Under the pieces are notes generated by a model, which was not told the origin of the DNA, made no database searches, and was given only the letters and a program-made list of their open reading frames with translations. A stretch of DNA of 64,000 nucleotides from a virus (lineage: Duplodnaviria; Caudoviricetes): positions 32,001 to 96,000 of the IMG/VR virus record IMGVR_UViG_3300035501_000350; one strand, given 5' to 3'. Positions 10,038 through 19,698 of this stretch are shown here, one piece after another (the first letter of the stretch is position 1; each line of letters begins with the position of its first letter). Both the position numbers and the translations under genes were made by a program.

Positions 10038-10377
10038 CTTTAATTTCCTCCTCTGTAATTTTAGCATCTCTAGCACTAAATGCTGCAATACGCATGCTTA
10101 CAATTGATCTGTTATTGAAATCGGCTTCAAACATTCGATTCAATAGCTCATTAAGCATATCGTCGTAGTTGTATTCAGTGTCAAGTACATGCTCTACGCT
10201 ATCAAGTATTATTCTATAATAAATATCACCTACTTTGCTATAGCAAACTAGTAAGTACCCGCCATCATTTTTCTTTATGAATAATTCTACCGTATTTTTG
10301 TAATTAACCTCAAAATAATCTGTACGTGTTCTGTACAGTTCATCTTTAGTCGCATGATAATCTTGTAAATTAACCAT
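10030..10377 (-). CDS. Hypothetical protein, tandem paralogue family
   Basis: GGAGG RBS; TDYFEVNY...FIKKNDGGYLLVCY. Confidence 0.7.
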   Translation of the reverse strand: MVNLQDYHATKDELYRTRTDYFEVNYKNTVELFIKKNDGGYLLVCYSKVGDIYYRIILDSVEHVLDTEYNYDDMLNELLNRMFEADFNNRSIVSMRIAAFSARDAKITEEEIKDD

Positions 10378-10518
10378 TTTATTTACCTCCATTTGTTTTT
10401 AATCAAGTACATACTTTCTTGTACTCGTTATTATATTATGCAACTATTCCCAATTTTAATATATGCGTTTTTTGCTTAATCTGACATCAATATAATTAAA
10501 TAAATGGAGGATCAGCGT

Positions 10519-11685
10519 ATGAAAGATACTACCGCTATATTAGATACAGCTTACCCTGAAGTAGAGAAACAGATTAAAGCAAATCTATCTGGGTATAAGA
10601 AATACATTTCTAAATTTATCAATTCAAGATCAGCACTATTATACTCCAATATGCCGTCTAAGCAGATATATTTTACTAATGATGATGCAAAAGAATTCTT
10701 TGCTTCAATTAAATTAGATCAGAAGATTATTAAGACAGCCATACAGCATACTTATTACGCCGATGTAGCAAAGTTCAATCCAAGATATGCTAAAGATGAA
10801 TGTACAGTGGCAATGTTATGCATAGTGAGATACTTTAAGCTTCATAATATGTCTAAAGAGCTTGAGCTGGCATTAATCAATATGGCATTTAGTGGTAAGT
10901 ATTACCCGTCTATATGGTATGGTTCATTTAGATTTCCTGTAAATGAATATATAATGGAATATGTTGTAGAACATGTACTGTCTAATAAGTTTGATATTGT
11001 CCGTGAGGGTAATGTAATTGGAGCTGTTAAATCTATTGCTAAAACATGGAGTACAACGTACAATCAGAAATTCAAGGATTTCCATGATGATGATTGTGTT
11101 TATCTAATTCAGCAGCTTCATAATAGACTTAGATCATTTATGTCTAATATTGCTAATGTATATTTTGATTATAATGAAAGAAAAGACGCTTATCTAACAT
11201 ATGATTCTGATGATGTTGGGGATACTAATTATAGATTAGCAGATTCTGATTCATTTATGCTTAACCGTACTGTAGAGAATACTATGACTTACATTAACTC
11301 TCATGGCATAGATACTAGAATATGTAAGATGGCAACAAATGATCTAATTAAGATGGATGAGCTTAAGAGCATCATAGAGAATATCTTAATGAATTCCGAT
11401 AATCTGCCATTGATTAAAGAGTTTGTTACGTTAATGATTGTTACATACTATAATCAATCAAAAAAGAAAGATGTTAGAGACTTAGACTTTATATCTTTCT
11501 CTATTAAAGCAAAGCCTAATAATAAAGATAAATACATCACCAGACAGAAAGAGTTGTTAAACCAAATCCTTATTAATAATTCAGAGCAGTTCTCTAGAAG
11601 ACGTAATAGAGCTGCAACTGAATCTGCTTATTATAGATCTATTAATGCATACTTTGCGTTAATAATTCAGCAAGCAAATAAATAA
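10519..11685 (+). CDS. Hypothetical helical protein
   Basis: Long ORF, GGAGG RBS, promoter motif GACA-TCAATA-TA at 10483-10494. Confidence 0.75.
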   Translation: MKDTTAILDTAYPEVEKQIKANLSGYKKYISKFINSRSALLYSNMPSKQIYFTNDDAKEFFASIKLDQKIIKTAIQHTYYADVAKFNPRYAKDECTVAMLCIVRYFKLHNMSKELELALINMAFSGKYYPSIWYGSFRFPVNEYIMEYVVEHVLSNKFDIVREGNVIGAVKSIAKTWSTTYNQKFKDFHDDDCVYLIQQLHNRLRSFMSNIANVYFDYNERKDAYLTYDSDDVGDTNYRLADSDSFMLNRTVENTMTYINSHGIDTRICKMATNDLIKMDELKSIIENILMNSDNLPLIKEFVTLMIVTYYNQSKKKDVRDLDFISFSIKAKPNNKDKYITRQKELLNQILINNSEQFSRRRNRAATESAYYRSINAYFALIIQQANK

Positions 11686-11695
11686 AGCGGACGAC

Positions 11696-11848
11696 TTATC
11701 CGTATGGGGAAACCCATACGGATAAATCTAATGTGTAAAACTGCAATCGGAAATGTATTGGAGGTCTTAATGTCACATAATCGACACCATACAAAAGCAA
11801 TCCAAGTTAGGTGGGGAGAGCAAGAATTAAACTCACTCGCTTGGATTT
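11696..11848 (-). ncRNA. Candidate small RNA, dispersed member of the 40-kb array family
   Basis: Promoter TACAA-N7-AACA-N6-TA; 5' stem AATCCAAG/CTTGGATT; CATTAAGACCTCC tract; terminal CCGTATGG-N6-CCATACGG hairpin. Confidence 0.55.
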
Positions 11849-11877
11849 ACATTTATGTTACATATATTGTAAAATAT

Positions 11878-12627
11878 TTAACCTATAATAAATCTAGGAC
11901 GAATACAGTATTTAGTATCTGCATGCTGTGCAATATTGCTTACGCCATAAAATACACAGAAGAATCTTGATGAGCCGCAACAATCACGTTCATACCATTC
12001 TTCAAGTTTTCCTCTATCATTATGTAATGTTTCTATACCATGAAGCATCCTAAATCCACTTATTCTGCGGGTTAATAATCCACTGATGTGGTCATGATCC
12101 TTAAAACCAAATATCTCTAGCTGGTTCATTAATATAGATTTAACAGATACTAATTCAGTACCATCTTTATTATCTGTAGATACTATCTCATTGTAAGATA
12201 ACAGATGTTTTCCAAATATAGCTTCTAGTTTCTTATCTATAGAAGGAATAACCTCATTAAACATATAAGAACCCTTATAACCTGTAAGGTTAATCGCTTC
12301 TGGATTCATCTTATCATATTCTAGTGGATTATCGGGTACTATTAACAAATGATGAGTATCAGCAATACCGCTTTCTTCTATACCCCAATATGGATCTACA
12401 TCCATAATTCTAAACTTGATGGTTGTATTACCGTAATCAGCAGTAAAAGTATCACCAACGTATAGATCATTAAATGCTCCATTAGATACATCGTGCAGCA
12501 GCATAAAGTTATCTATGTTTTTTATGCTTACAGAGCCTAGATCATTTTCTCTATAAGCACGTCTCTTAGCAGCAATATAGTCATCAACGTCTACTAGTAC
12601 TTTATTGCTCTTTCCTTTAGTTCCCAT
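11878..12627 (-). CDS. DUF6273-like protein, paralogue of 5437-6231
   Basis: VGDTFTADYGNTTIKFRIMDVDPYW...HHLLIVPD...CIRPRFIIG. Confidence 0.55.
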   Translation of the reverse strand: MGTKGKSNKVLVDVDDYIAAKRRAYRENDLGSVSIKNIDNFMLLHDVSNGAFNDLYVGDTFTADYGNTTIKFRIMDVDPYWGIEESGIADTHHLLIVPDNPLEYDKMNPEAINLTGYKGSYMFNEVIPSIDKKLEAIFGKHLLSYNEIVSTDNKDGTELVSVKSILMNQLEIFGFKDHDHISGLLTRRISGFRMLHGIETLHNDRGKLEEWYERDCCGSSRFFCVFYGVSNIAQHADTKYCIRPRFIIG

Positions 12628-12652
12628 AGTGTATCAATTCCCTTACAAAAAA

Positions 12653-13861
12653 TTATGTGGTTTTTCTACTATCACTTGTAAGTGTTACTGTGCTAGTAGA
12701 GCTAGAAGTTTTACTACTGGTGGTTGTTGTAGATGAAGCTTTAACGATAGTTCCATCTGCAGCAGAAATATATGTAGAATCTACGAATCCGTAAGTAGTA
12801 CCATTGATACAGATATAATACCATACATGATTAGAACTATCATAAACAGCGTCACAAACCTGTACTGTAGTACCATTAGTAATTGCAGGGATAGAAATAA
12901 GACGGCTATATTTAGTTCCTGCCCATGTACGTACGTTCAAAGAGTCTGCAGTAACAACACCAATAAACTTAGATGTTTTATTAAGATTAGAACCATTACC
13001 AACAGTAATTGTTGCAGTAGTATTAGTAACACTACTAGCAGGAATAAATCCATAGATCTTACTATTGATCAATACATAATACCAGTTAGCACCAGAGCTA
13101 TCAGCAATAGTATCGCATACACCAACAGAAGTTCCCTTAGTAATCTTGCTAATAGACTTTAAAGTACTATTAGTGGCTCCAGCCCAGCTTCTGGGGATTA
13201 CATCCTGATTAACACTACCAGTCCACTGAACTGTCTTAGAAATGCCTGTAGACGTAGTAGTAGTGGTCTTAGATGTCGTAGTACTAGAGCTGGTGGTAGT
13301 TGTTGTAGTGGAAGTTGATCCACTAGGATTAGTATCACCATCAAATGCGGGATAGCCATAGCCATAGATAGTAGAATTAGTTCTACGGTAAGTGCATCTA
13401 GACACTTGATCATTACTATTACCCTCAATAGTATATACGTAAGTATTATCATATTTAACAACCATGCCTGTATGGTAAAGATTGCTAGGGGCCGAACCAA
13501 AGAAAATCTGAGCTCCAAGCTTAGGAGTCTCACCAACACGACCTTTAGCTTTATAATAGCTATAACTATAGATGCACCCGGCGCCAGCACTCTTTAACGG
13601 CTGGCACGTAAGCTCAAGAGTTTTATCTAATCCAAATGCAGTTAACATACACCAATCATAGAAAAGATCGCACCATGCGTATCCATTCTTATTACCATTG
13701 TAAAATGTAGGATACTTGGAATAGATATCTCTAGCATACTTGGTGTAGTTGTTAGAGCCAGAGTTAGCAGTATTACTATCTAAGTTAGCATTACTTGCCT
13801 TCTCATGATAACCAACTTGTGATTCAGCTGTAGCAATTAAATCACTAGCATATGCTTTCAT
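12653..13861 (-). CDS. CHAP-domain cell-wall hydrolase (endolysin-like) with two SH3b domains
   Basis: AWCDLF (catalytic Cys), HTGMV (His), TIEGNS; Thr-rich linker; LNVRTWAG...WYYI...YGFV SH3b repeats. Confidence 0.85.
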   Translation of the reverse strand: MKAYASDLIATAESQVGYHEKASNANLDSNTANSGSNNYTKYARDIYSKYPTFYNGNKNGYAWCDLFYDWCMLTAFGLDKTLELTCQPLKSAGAGCIYSYSYYKAKGRVGETPKLGAQIFFGSAPSNLYHTGMVVKYDNTYVYTIEGNSNDQVSRCTYRRTNSTIYGYGYPAFDGDTNPSGSTSTTTTTTSSSTTTSKTTTTTSTGISKTVQWTGSVNQDVIPRSWAGATNSTLKSISKITKGTSVGVCDTIADSSGANWYYVLINSKIYGFIPASSVTNTTATITVGNGSNLNKTSKFIGVVTADSLNVRTWAGTKYSRLISIPAITNGTTVQVCDAVYDSSNHVWYYICINGTTYGFVDSTYISAADGTIVKASSTTTTSSKTSSSTSTVTLTSDSRKTT

Positions 13862-13916
13862 AATAATCGCTCCTTTCTAATTATTACTAAGATGTAATAA
13901 AAAGAAAGAAAAACAC

Positions 13917-14192
13917 TTACTCATCTTTAATATATTTACGCTTTAATTTCTTACTTGGGTTTTGGCGTTTATTCTTTCCTACCGCTATTCCGCTTCTTCC
14001 AGATTGGTCTCTAGATGTATGAGATGCTAATACATCGTCATCCAATTCAAATGTAGGAATCTGTTGCATCATAGACCTTAATTTTGCAGGAGTCCACGCT
14101 ATTCGTTTTCCTGTATTTTGTGATTTAGCATCTGAATATCTCTCTAGATTGGTCAAGAATATTTCTAAATCACTTGCTCTAATTATCTTCAT
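13917..14192 (-). CDS. Hypothetical basic protein
   Basis: 91-aa ORF with GAGGG RBS. Confidence 0.55.
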   Translation of the reverse strand: MKIIRASDLEIFLTNLERYSDAKSQNTGKRIAWTPAKLRSMMQQIPTFELDDDVLASHTSRDQSGRSGIAVGKNKRQNPSKKLKRKYIKDE

Positions 14193-14285
14193 TAGTTATG
14201 TCCCTCTCTATAAATGTACCAAAAAATATAGATACGGCGAATATAGTCGTAGATGGTTTTACCCACCTACGACTATATTATTGAT

Positions 14286-16646
14286 TTACTCTTTACGAAT
14301 TAGTTCTGCCTTGATAATTCCATCTTTACAAAGCTTTACTCCTGCACTAATAGATGAACCTACAGGGATATCGTTATCGTTAATCTCTATTACTTCATCT
14401 ACTCTTGTTACTTTGATAACAGAATTACCACTGCATGTGAATACATTCTTAATGTAATCTCCCTTTGTAAGTTTAATTACATTACTCCCCGATTTGTTTC
14501 TACCGCTAGATGGCAATACAGATGGAAGGATCTTATTGAATTTACCCTTAGCGGTTACAACAATAAGCTCTTTAGTATCTGTAGTGATAACAGAAATTCC
14601 ATCTATTGGATCTCTAGTCTTCATAGCCTGATTACCAAGAGTTGCTCTCTTAAGATAAGGAATCTCATTAATACTAAACCTAAGAGCTTTAGATTTGGTA
14701 TAAACTACAATATCAGATTTATGATTAGCAATAAGAATATCACAAATCTGATCTCCCTTATTGAGCTTAGAGTAAATGATACCGCTTGGAGTAGCATTGA
14801 TTACATCGTCTAGATCCATCTTCTTGATAAGACCATTCTTAGTCACTGTGACAATATAATACTTAGATTGCTTATTTGCCAGCATCTCAATTATAGGCAC
14901 ATACATTACCGATATGATATTGCTAGTGGCTTTCTTAATAAGCATTCTAATATCAATGCCAGGGCTATTCTTGTCCGTAAACGAAATCTTATTGACTGGT
15001 AGTCTAAATACTTTACCCTGCTGGTCAAACAGAAGAAGATCTTTAGCATTATCAGCAATAGTAATACATTTAGGTTGATCTCCACCTACGACTTTAATGG
15101 GATCGTTAATAGCCATCTTCTTAATGAAGTTCTGCTCTGTAAGAACAACCTTGAATTCACCCTCTGGAATATCAGAAGCTTCACTTTCAGAAATGATAAC
15201 ACTCTTTCTAGGTTTACCATATCTATCTTTGATATCAATAAGCTCAGCCTCAATCTCTTGGTCTATCATCTCTTCATGAGTGACCATGTTGATATATCCA
15301 GCAACCTCAGCGTTAAGTCTAGCCTGTTCTTCTTTATACTTATTGAGATGCCCCTTAGACAGACGACCAATCTCTGTATGAAGAACAAATTTAGCCTGTA
15401 AATCTGTAATCTTAAGCTTCTTCATCAACCATTCTATCAGATAATTCTCATCCATAGAATTCTGATTTCTAATCATATGGATAATATTCTCCACATCACC
15501 AGACTCCAGAATCTTAATATAAGTATCAATCTGATGCAATCTAGTTTCTGCTTTCTGAAGCTTAATGTTATAGAGTCTAAACTTACACTCTCTACGGAAC
15601 TCTAAGAAGTATGCGATATAAGCCTTATAACTCATACGTCTAATATTAGTTCCATCAATTACTTCCATATTGACTCTCTTTAAATCTTGCAAAGAAGTAT
15701 TCCTATACAAAGTTTGCTTTACATAGTTTGCATCAGAACCCTTCTTTAGGATCAAATGGATATCCAACTCGCTGTCAGTAGAATGATCTTGAATATCAGC
15801 AATCTGTACAAGCTTATTATTCTTGATAAGATTGTCAATACTCTCCATGATAGAGTTCGCTGTTACCATGTCAGGAACAGATCTAATTCTAAGAATCTGA
15901 GTTCCATTATTAAGAGTATCAGTCTCAATGATCCCTCTTTCTGTGAAATAACCAAATCCCATATTGGAAAGTTTTTTCCAATCTGCATTTACTATCTCAC
16001 ATTTCTGGCATGGGTCAGGAATCAATACTACTTTAGCATTGGGATTATGAAGTACTGCTATAGTGGCATCAATAACATCATTAAGACTATGCGGAGGAAC
16101 CTCAATTCTTCTACCAATAGCAATACCAAATACGCCATTAACCAACAGCAGAGGAACTTTAACAGGTAAACACTCTGGCTCTACTGTATGGTTATCAAAT
16201 GTCTTCTGCCAGTCTACAACATTCTTAGACACAGCCATATCTCCAAATAAACAATCAACAGAGAATTTACTAAGATAGGATTCTGTATATCGCATTGCTG
16301 CCTGAGGGCCACCCTGAATAGACCCAGAGTTTGAATCATAATTAATCAATGGTACTTTGATTTCCCATTCATTAGTCATGGGTTTCATTGATTCATAGAC
16401 AGATGCATCACCATGTCCATGATAGCTTGCGATTACTGCACCTACAGTATTAGCACTCTTACGTTTAGTTGCCGAGGAAACACATCCAATGTCATTCCAC
16501 ATTGCATACAGAACTCTTCTTTGTACTGGCTTTAAACCATCCCGAATATCAGGAACAAATCTATTATATAATACATAGATACTATATCTTGCCATATTAC
16601 TCATGTATTGATCATGAGCGTCTACTTTGACTATATTGTCTTTCAT
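14286..16646 (-). CDS. gyrA: Type IIA topoisomerase subunit A (GyrA/ParC-like)
   Basis: PDIRDGLKPVQRR, HGHGDASVY, AAMRYTE catalytic Tyr, C-terminal beta-pinwheel repeats. Confidence 0.95.
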   Translation of the reverse strand: MKDNIVKVDAHDQYMSNMARYSIYVLYNRFVPDIRDGLKPVQRRVLYAMWNDIGCVSSATKRKSANTVGAVIASYHGHGDASVYESMKPMTNEWEIKVPLINYDSNSGSIQGGPQAAMRYTESYLSKFSVDCLFGDMAVSKNVVDWQKTFDNHTVEPECLPVKVPLLLVNGVFGIAIGRRIEVPPHSLNDVIDATIAVLHNPNAKVVLIPDPCQKCEIVNADWKKLSNMGFGYFTERGIIETDTLNNGTQILRIRSVPDMVTANSIMESIDNLIKNNKLVQIADIQDHSTDSELDIHLILKKGSDANYVKQTLYRNTSLQDLKRVNMEVIDGTNIRRMSYKAYIAYFLEFRRECKFRLYNIKLQKAETRLHQIDTYIKILESGDVENIIHMIRNQNSMDENYLIEWLMKKLKITDLQAKFVLHTEIGRLSKGHLNKYKEEQARLNAEVAGYINMVTHEEMIDQEIEAELIDIKDRYGKPRKSVIISESEASDIPEGEFKVVLTEQNFIKKMAINDPIKVVGGDQPKCITIADNAKDLLLFDQQGKVFRLPVNKISFTDKNSPGIDIRMLIKKATSNIISVMYVPIIEMLANKQSKYYIVTVTKNGLIKKMDLDDVINATPSGIIYSKLNKGDQICDILIANHKSDIVVYTKSKALRFSINEIPYLKRATLGNQAMKTRDPIDGISVITTDTKELIVVTAKGKFNKILPSVLPSSGRNKSGSNVIKLTKGDYIKNVFTCSGNSVIKVTRVDEVIEINDNDIPVGSSISAGVKLCKDGIIKAELIRKE

Positions 16647-16785
16647 ATATTATAATACCTCCTTTGACTTCATTATTATAATATACATTCAAAATTAAAA
16701 TTGCACAAGAACAACTCGGTAGATCACTCTACCGAGCTATTCTTATGTTAATCGAAGGAGACTAACAGTTAGCTAGCATAATTAA

Positions 16786-17196
16786 TTACTCAGGCTGATC
16801 CTCAGCGGTGGTAAGAGCGTTCTCAATAACCATCTTAGTGATAGCACCAAACTTGCCATTATGCTCAGTATTGTAAGTAACAATAGTGGGCTGCTTGAAA
16901 GATGCTTTGACGGTATCGCAGAGCTTAGCGAAGAGGACTACAGTAAATACATTAGTCTCGTCGTTATAGTTTCTAATGTAACCAACAGTCACAAGGCGTG
17001 TGTCATCGCTAGCGACATTAGGATCAATAGAATGCCTATAAACGCTAATGGGGAAACTAATCTTATTAAAGGGAGTACTCTTCAGGACATCGAGAATCGC
17101 ATCTTGAATTTCCTCTTCCATCTCATCGTTGATAAAAAGAGGTACCTCAAGAACATTGGGTTTGCTTCTTCTCTTGTTGTCATAATTGTTCTTCAT
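16786..17196 (-). CDS. Hypothetical protein
   Basis: GGAGG RBS; promoter motif at 17232-17243. Confidence 0.7.
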   Translation of the reverse strand: MKNNYDNKRRSKPNVLEVPLFINDEMEEEIQDAILDVLKSTPFNKISFPISVYRHSIDPNVASDDTRLVTVGYIRNYNDETNVFTVVLFAKLCDTVKASFKQPTIVTYNTEHNGKFGAITKMVIENALTTAEDQPE

Positions 17197-17326
17197 TTCA
17201 CAGACCTCCATGGAGTGTAGATTTTATTTAGTACTTTAATGTACCATCTAATTAAATTATATGTATGACATTGTGTAAAATTTGACATTATAATAAATAA
17301 ATTTATCAATGCTAGGAGGTTACACA

Positions 17327-17836
17327 ATGGAACAATATAAGAGTAAATATAATAGAATATTGACAGACGAAGATCAAAACTCTGTTAACCGTAATATGGA
17401 ATATCATTTAACAGTAGAGCAGTATTACGATCTTCTTCATCACTCTCATAATGCATCTGATATTGTTGGCTCATCAACAAGCGGCGGTTCATCTGATGGA
17501 AGCAGCGCAGATGTTACTGAATTAACAGAATCTGTATCTCAGCTTAAGGATTCTGTAGCAGAGCTTAAAGCTTTAATAGAGCAGAACTATGCTAATGATA
17601 GTGAACATGCTGCTGCTTCTAATACATCTAATGATGAGATTAAGCAGAATATTGTTGAACTCACAGCGGCAGTAGCTGCAAATACAGAGAGTATTAATAA
17701 TATAGTTGCTGCTGTAAATAATAACACTACAGCTGTTACTGCTCAAGGACAGGCTATTGATGAACTTAAGGTTCAGGTTGATGCTTTGAATGTCTATGTA
17801 GATCAGGATATTCAGTACGGAGAAAAAGCAGAATAA
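17327..17836 (+). CDS. Coiled-coil virion fibre-like protein
   Basis: N-terminal module shared with the next gene; heptad repeats; promoter motif at 17284-17295. Confidence 0.65.
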   Translation: MEQYKSKYNRILTDEDQNSVNRNMEYHLTVEQYYDLLHHSHNASDIVGSSTSGGSSDGSSADVTELTESVSQLKDSVAELKALIEQNYANDSEHAAASNTSNDEIKQNIVELTAAVAANTESINNIVAAVNNNTTAVTAQGQAIDELKVQVDALNVYVDQDIQYGEKAE

Positions 17837-17922
17837 TAAAATACAATGCAAGCAGGTAACTCCTGCTTGCATTATTTATTTACATTCATATAAATAAATC
17901 CATAAGGGAGGAAGAATTTTTT

Positions 17923-19647
17923 ATGTCATCTTATTTTAGTAAGTATAAGCGTATCATTACTGATACCGATACTCAGACTGTAAATCCTACAATGAAGTTC
18001 AATATGACTGTAGAGCAGTATCAGGATCTCATGCACCATACGCATAGAGCTTCTGATATTCTTGCTGACGATGGAACTTCTGTTGGTGCTAGTATTCAAG
18101 AGATTACTAATTCTGTAGAGGATCTTAAGACTGCTATTGATGCTAATACAGAAGCAGATGAAACTAATGTAGATGCCATCAATGAGGCTCTTGATAATCT
18201 TAAGAATACTCTTAGCGAGCATAGCACTGAGTCCGATGAGCGTATTACTGCTGCATCTGATGCTATTGATGAGCTTAAGAAGCTCATTAGCTATAATTCC
18301 TCTGCGGATGAAACTAATGCTGCTGCTATGGAGGAAGCTCTGGCTGCCATTAAGGATCTGATCCAGGCTAATACTGATAATGATGCAGCTAATCTTGAAG
18401 CTACTACTAATTCCATTGCTACTCTTACAGCTCTTATTACTGAGAATAGTAATGCTGATGAGGAACAGGCTACATCTGTTGCTGCATCTCTGACAGAGCT
18501 TAATGGCCTTATTCAGGCTAATGCAAATAAGGCTACAGAGATCAATGGAGCTATTGAAGTTCTTGGCGTTAAGGTTCAGAAGAATGCTGATGATATTGCT
18601 GATACCGAAAAGGTAATTGTTGATATTACCGAGGAGAATGCTGTTCTTAAGTCAACCATCGCTAAGATTAAGGCTCAGCTTAGACAGATTATGGATAACA
18701 TTACAGAACCTAAGACTACTCTTCCTGCAGCAGATGCAAATGGAGTTATTACTCTTGATTGGGATTATGCTGCTCCTCTCACTGTTGCTGAGGGAGAGAC
18801 TGTTACTCTGGATCTGAATGGTTATAATCTTGATTGTGATACAGGATGTACTGTTATTAATAAGGGTAATCTTACCATTGTTGGTGAAGGTATTGTTTCT
18901 TGTGGAGCTAGTAACAGTGCTGCTATTGCTAATTTCCCTGGAGCTACATGTACTCTTGAGGGCGGCACCTTCCAGTCTTCTGCTTGGTATACCATTAAGA
19001 ACTGTGGTATTATGGTTATTGACGGTGATGTTACTATTACTACTAATAGTGATTCTAATGTCTCTAGCCTGATTGATAATGGTTGGTACGGTAGCACCGA
19101 TAAGGTTGCTGGTGAGTCTCTTCCTGCTCAGGCTAATGCTGCTTATCTTACCATTGAGAGTGGAGCATTTAACTGCACTGGTGGTCCTAAGAGTTGCTCT
19201 GTTGTTAAGAATGATGACTATGGCACTCTTGTTATTAATGGTGGTACATTTGATAGTACTGCTAATACTGGTACATCCGCTGCAGCAACCATTATGAACT
19301 GGAATATCTGTACTATTAACGACGGTACATTCATTGGTCAGTATCCTATCTCTAATGGTTACTGTGATGCCAATGCTGATATTGGTGAGTGCACTATCAA
19401 TGGCGGTACATTCATTGGTACCATGTCTACGTTTGGTCAGAATAGTGGTTCTACCGATGGATATGGTACTCTTACTATCAATGGTGGTACATTCGATGCT
19501 CCTATCGTTGGTAATAAGGCTCCTTATGCCATCGTTATCTGTGGTGGCACGTTCCCTGCTGATGTTGCAAGCATTGTTGATACTGAGAAGTATGATGTTA
19601 CTGCTAACTCCGACGGAACGTACACTGTTACCGCTAAGGTTGCTTAA
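17923..19647 (+). CDS. Fibre/spike-like protein: coiled coil plus C-terminal beta-helix-like domain
   Basis: HHTHRASDI, long coiled coil, VTLDLNGY and repeated (I/L)NGGTF motifs. Confidence 0.7.
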   Translation: MSSYFSKYKRIITDTDTQTVNPTMKFNMTVEQYQDLMHHTHRASDILADDGTSVGASIQEITNSVEDLKTAIDANTEADETNVDAINEALDNLKNTLSEHSTESDERITAASDAIDELKKLISYNSSADETNAAAMEEALAAIKDLIQANTDNDAANLEATTNSIATLTALITENSNADEEQATSVAASLTELNGLIQANANKATEINGAIEVLGVKVQKNADDIADTEKVIVDITEENAVLKSTIAKIKAQLRQIMDNITEPKTTLPAADANGVITLDWDYAAPLTVAEGETVTLDLNGYNLDCDTGCTVINKGNLTIVGEGIVSCGASNSAAIANFPGATCTLEGGTFQSSAWYTIKNCGIMVIDGDVTITTNSDSNVSSLIDNGWYGSTDKVAGESLPAQANAAYLTIESGAFNCTGGPKSCSVVKNDDYGTLVINGGTFDSTANTGTSAAATIMNWNICTINDGTFIGQYPISNGYCDANADIGECTINGGTFIGTMSTFGQNSGSTDGYGTLTINGGTFDAPIVGNKAPYAIVICGGTFPADVASIVDTEKYDVTANSDGTYTVTAKVA

Positions 19648-19698
19648 TTCAGTCAAAAAAATATACCCAGGGGAGCAATCCCCTGGGTATATCATTCC

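Noticed and set aside
18652-19695. 347-aa minus-strand ORF and similar antisense ORFs (e.g. 44061-44780, 22649-23170)
   Set aside because: They are antisense shadows of well-supported genes, with no evident RBS or recognisable motif.
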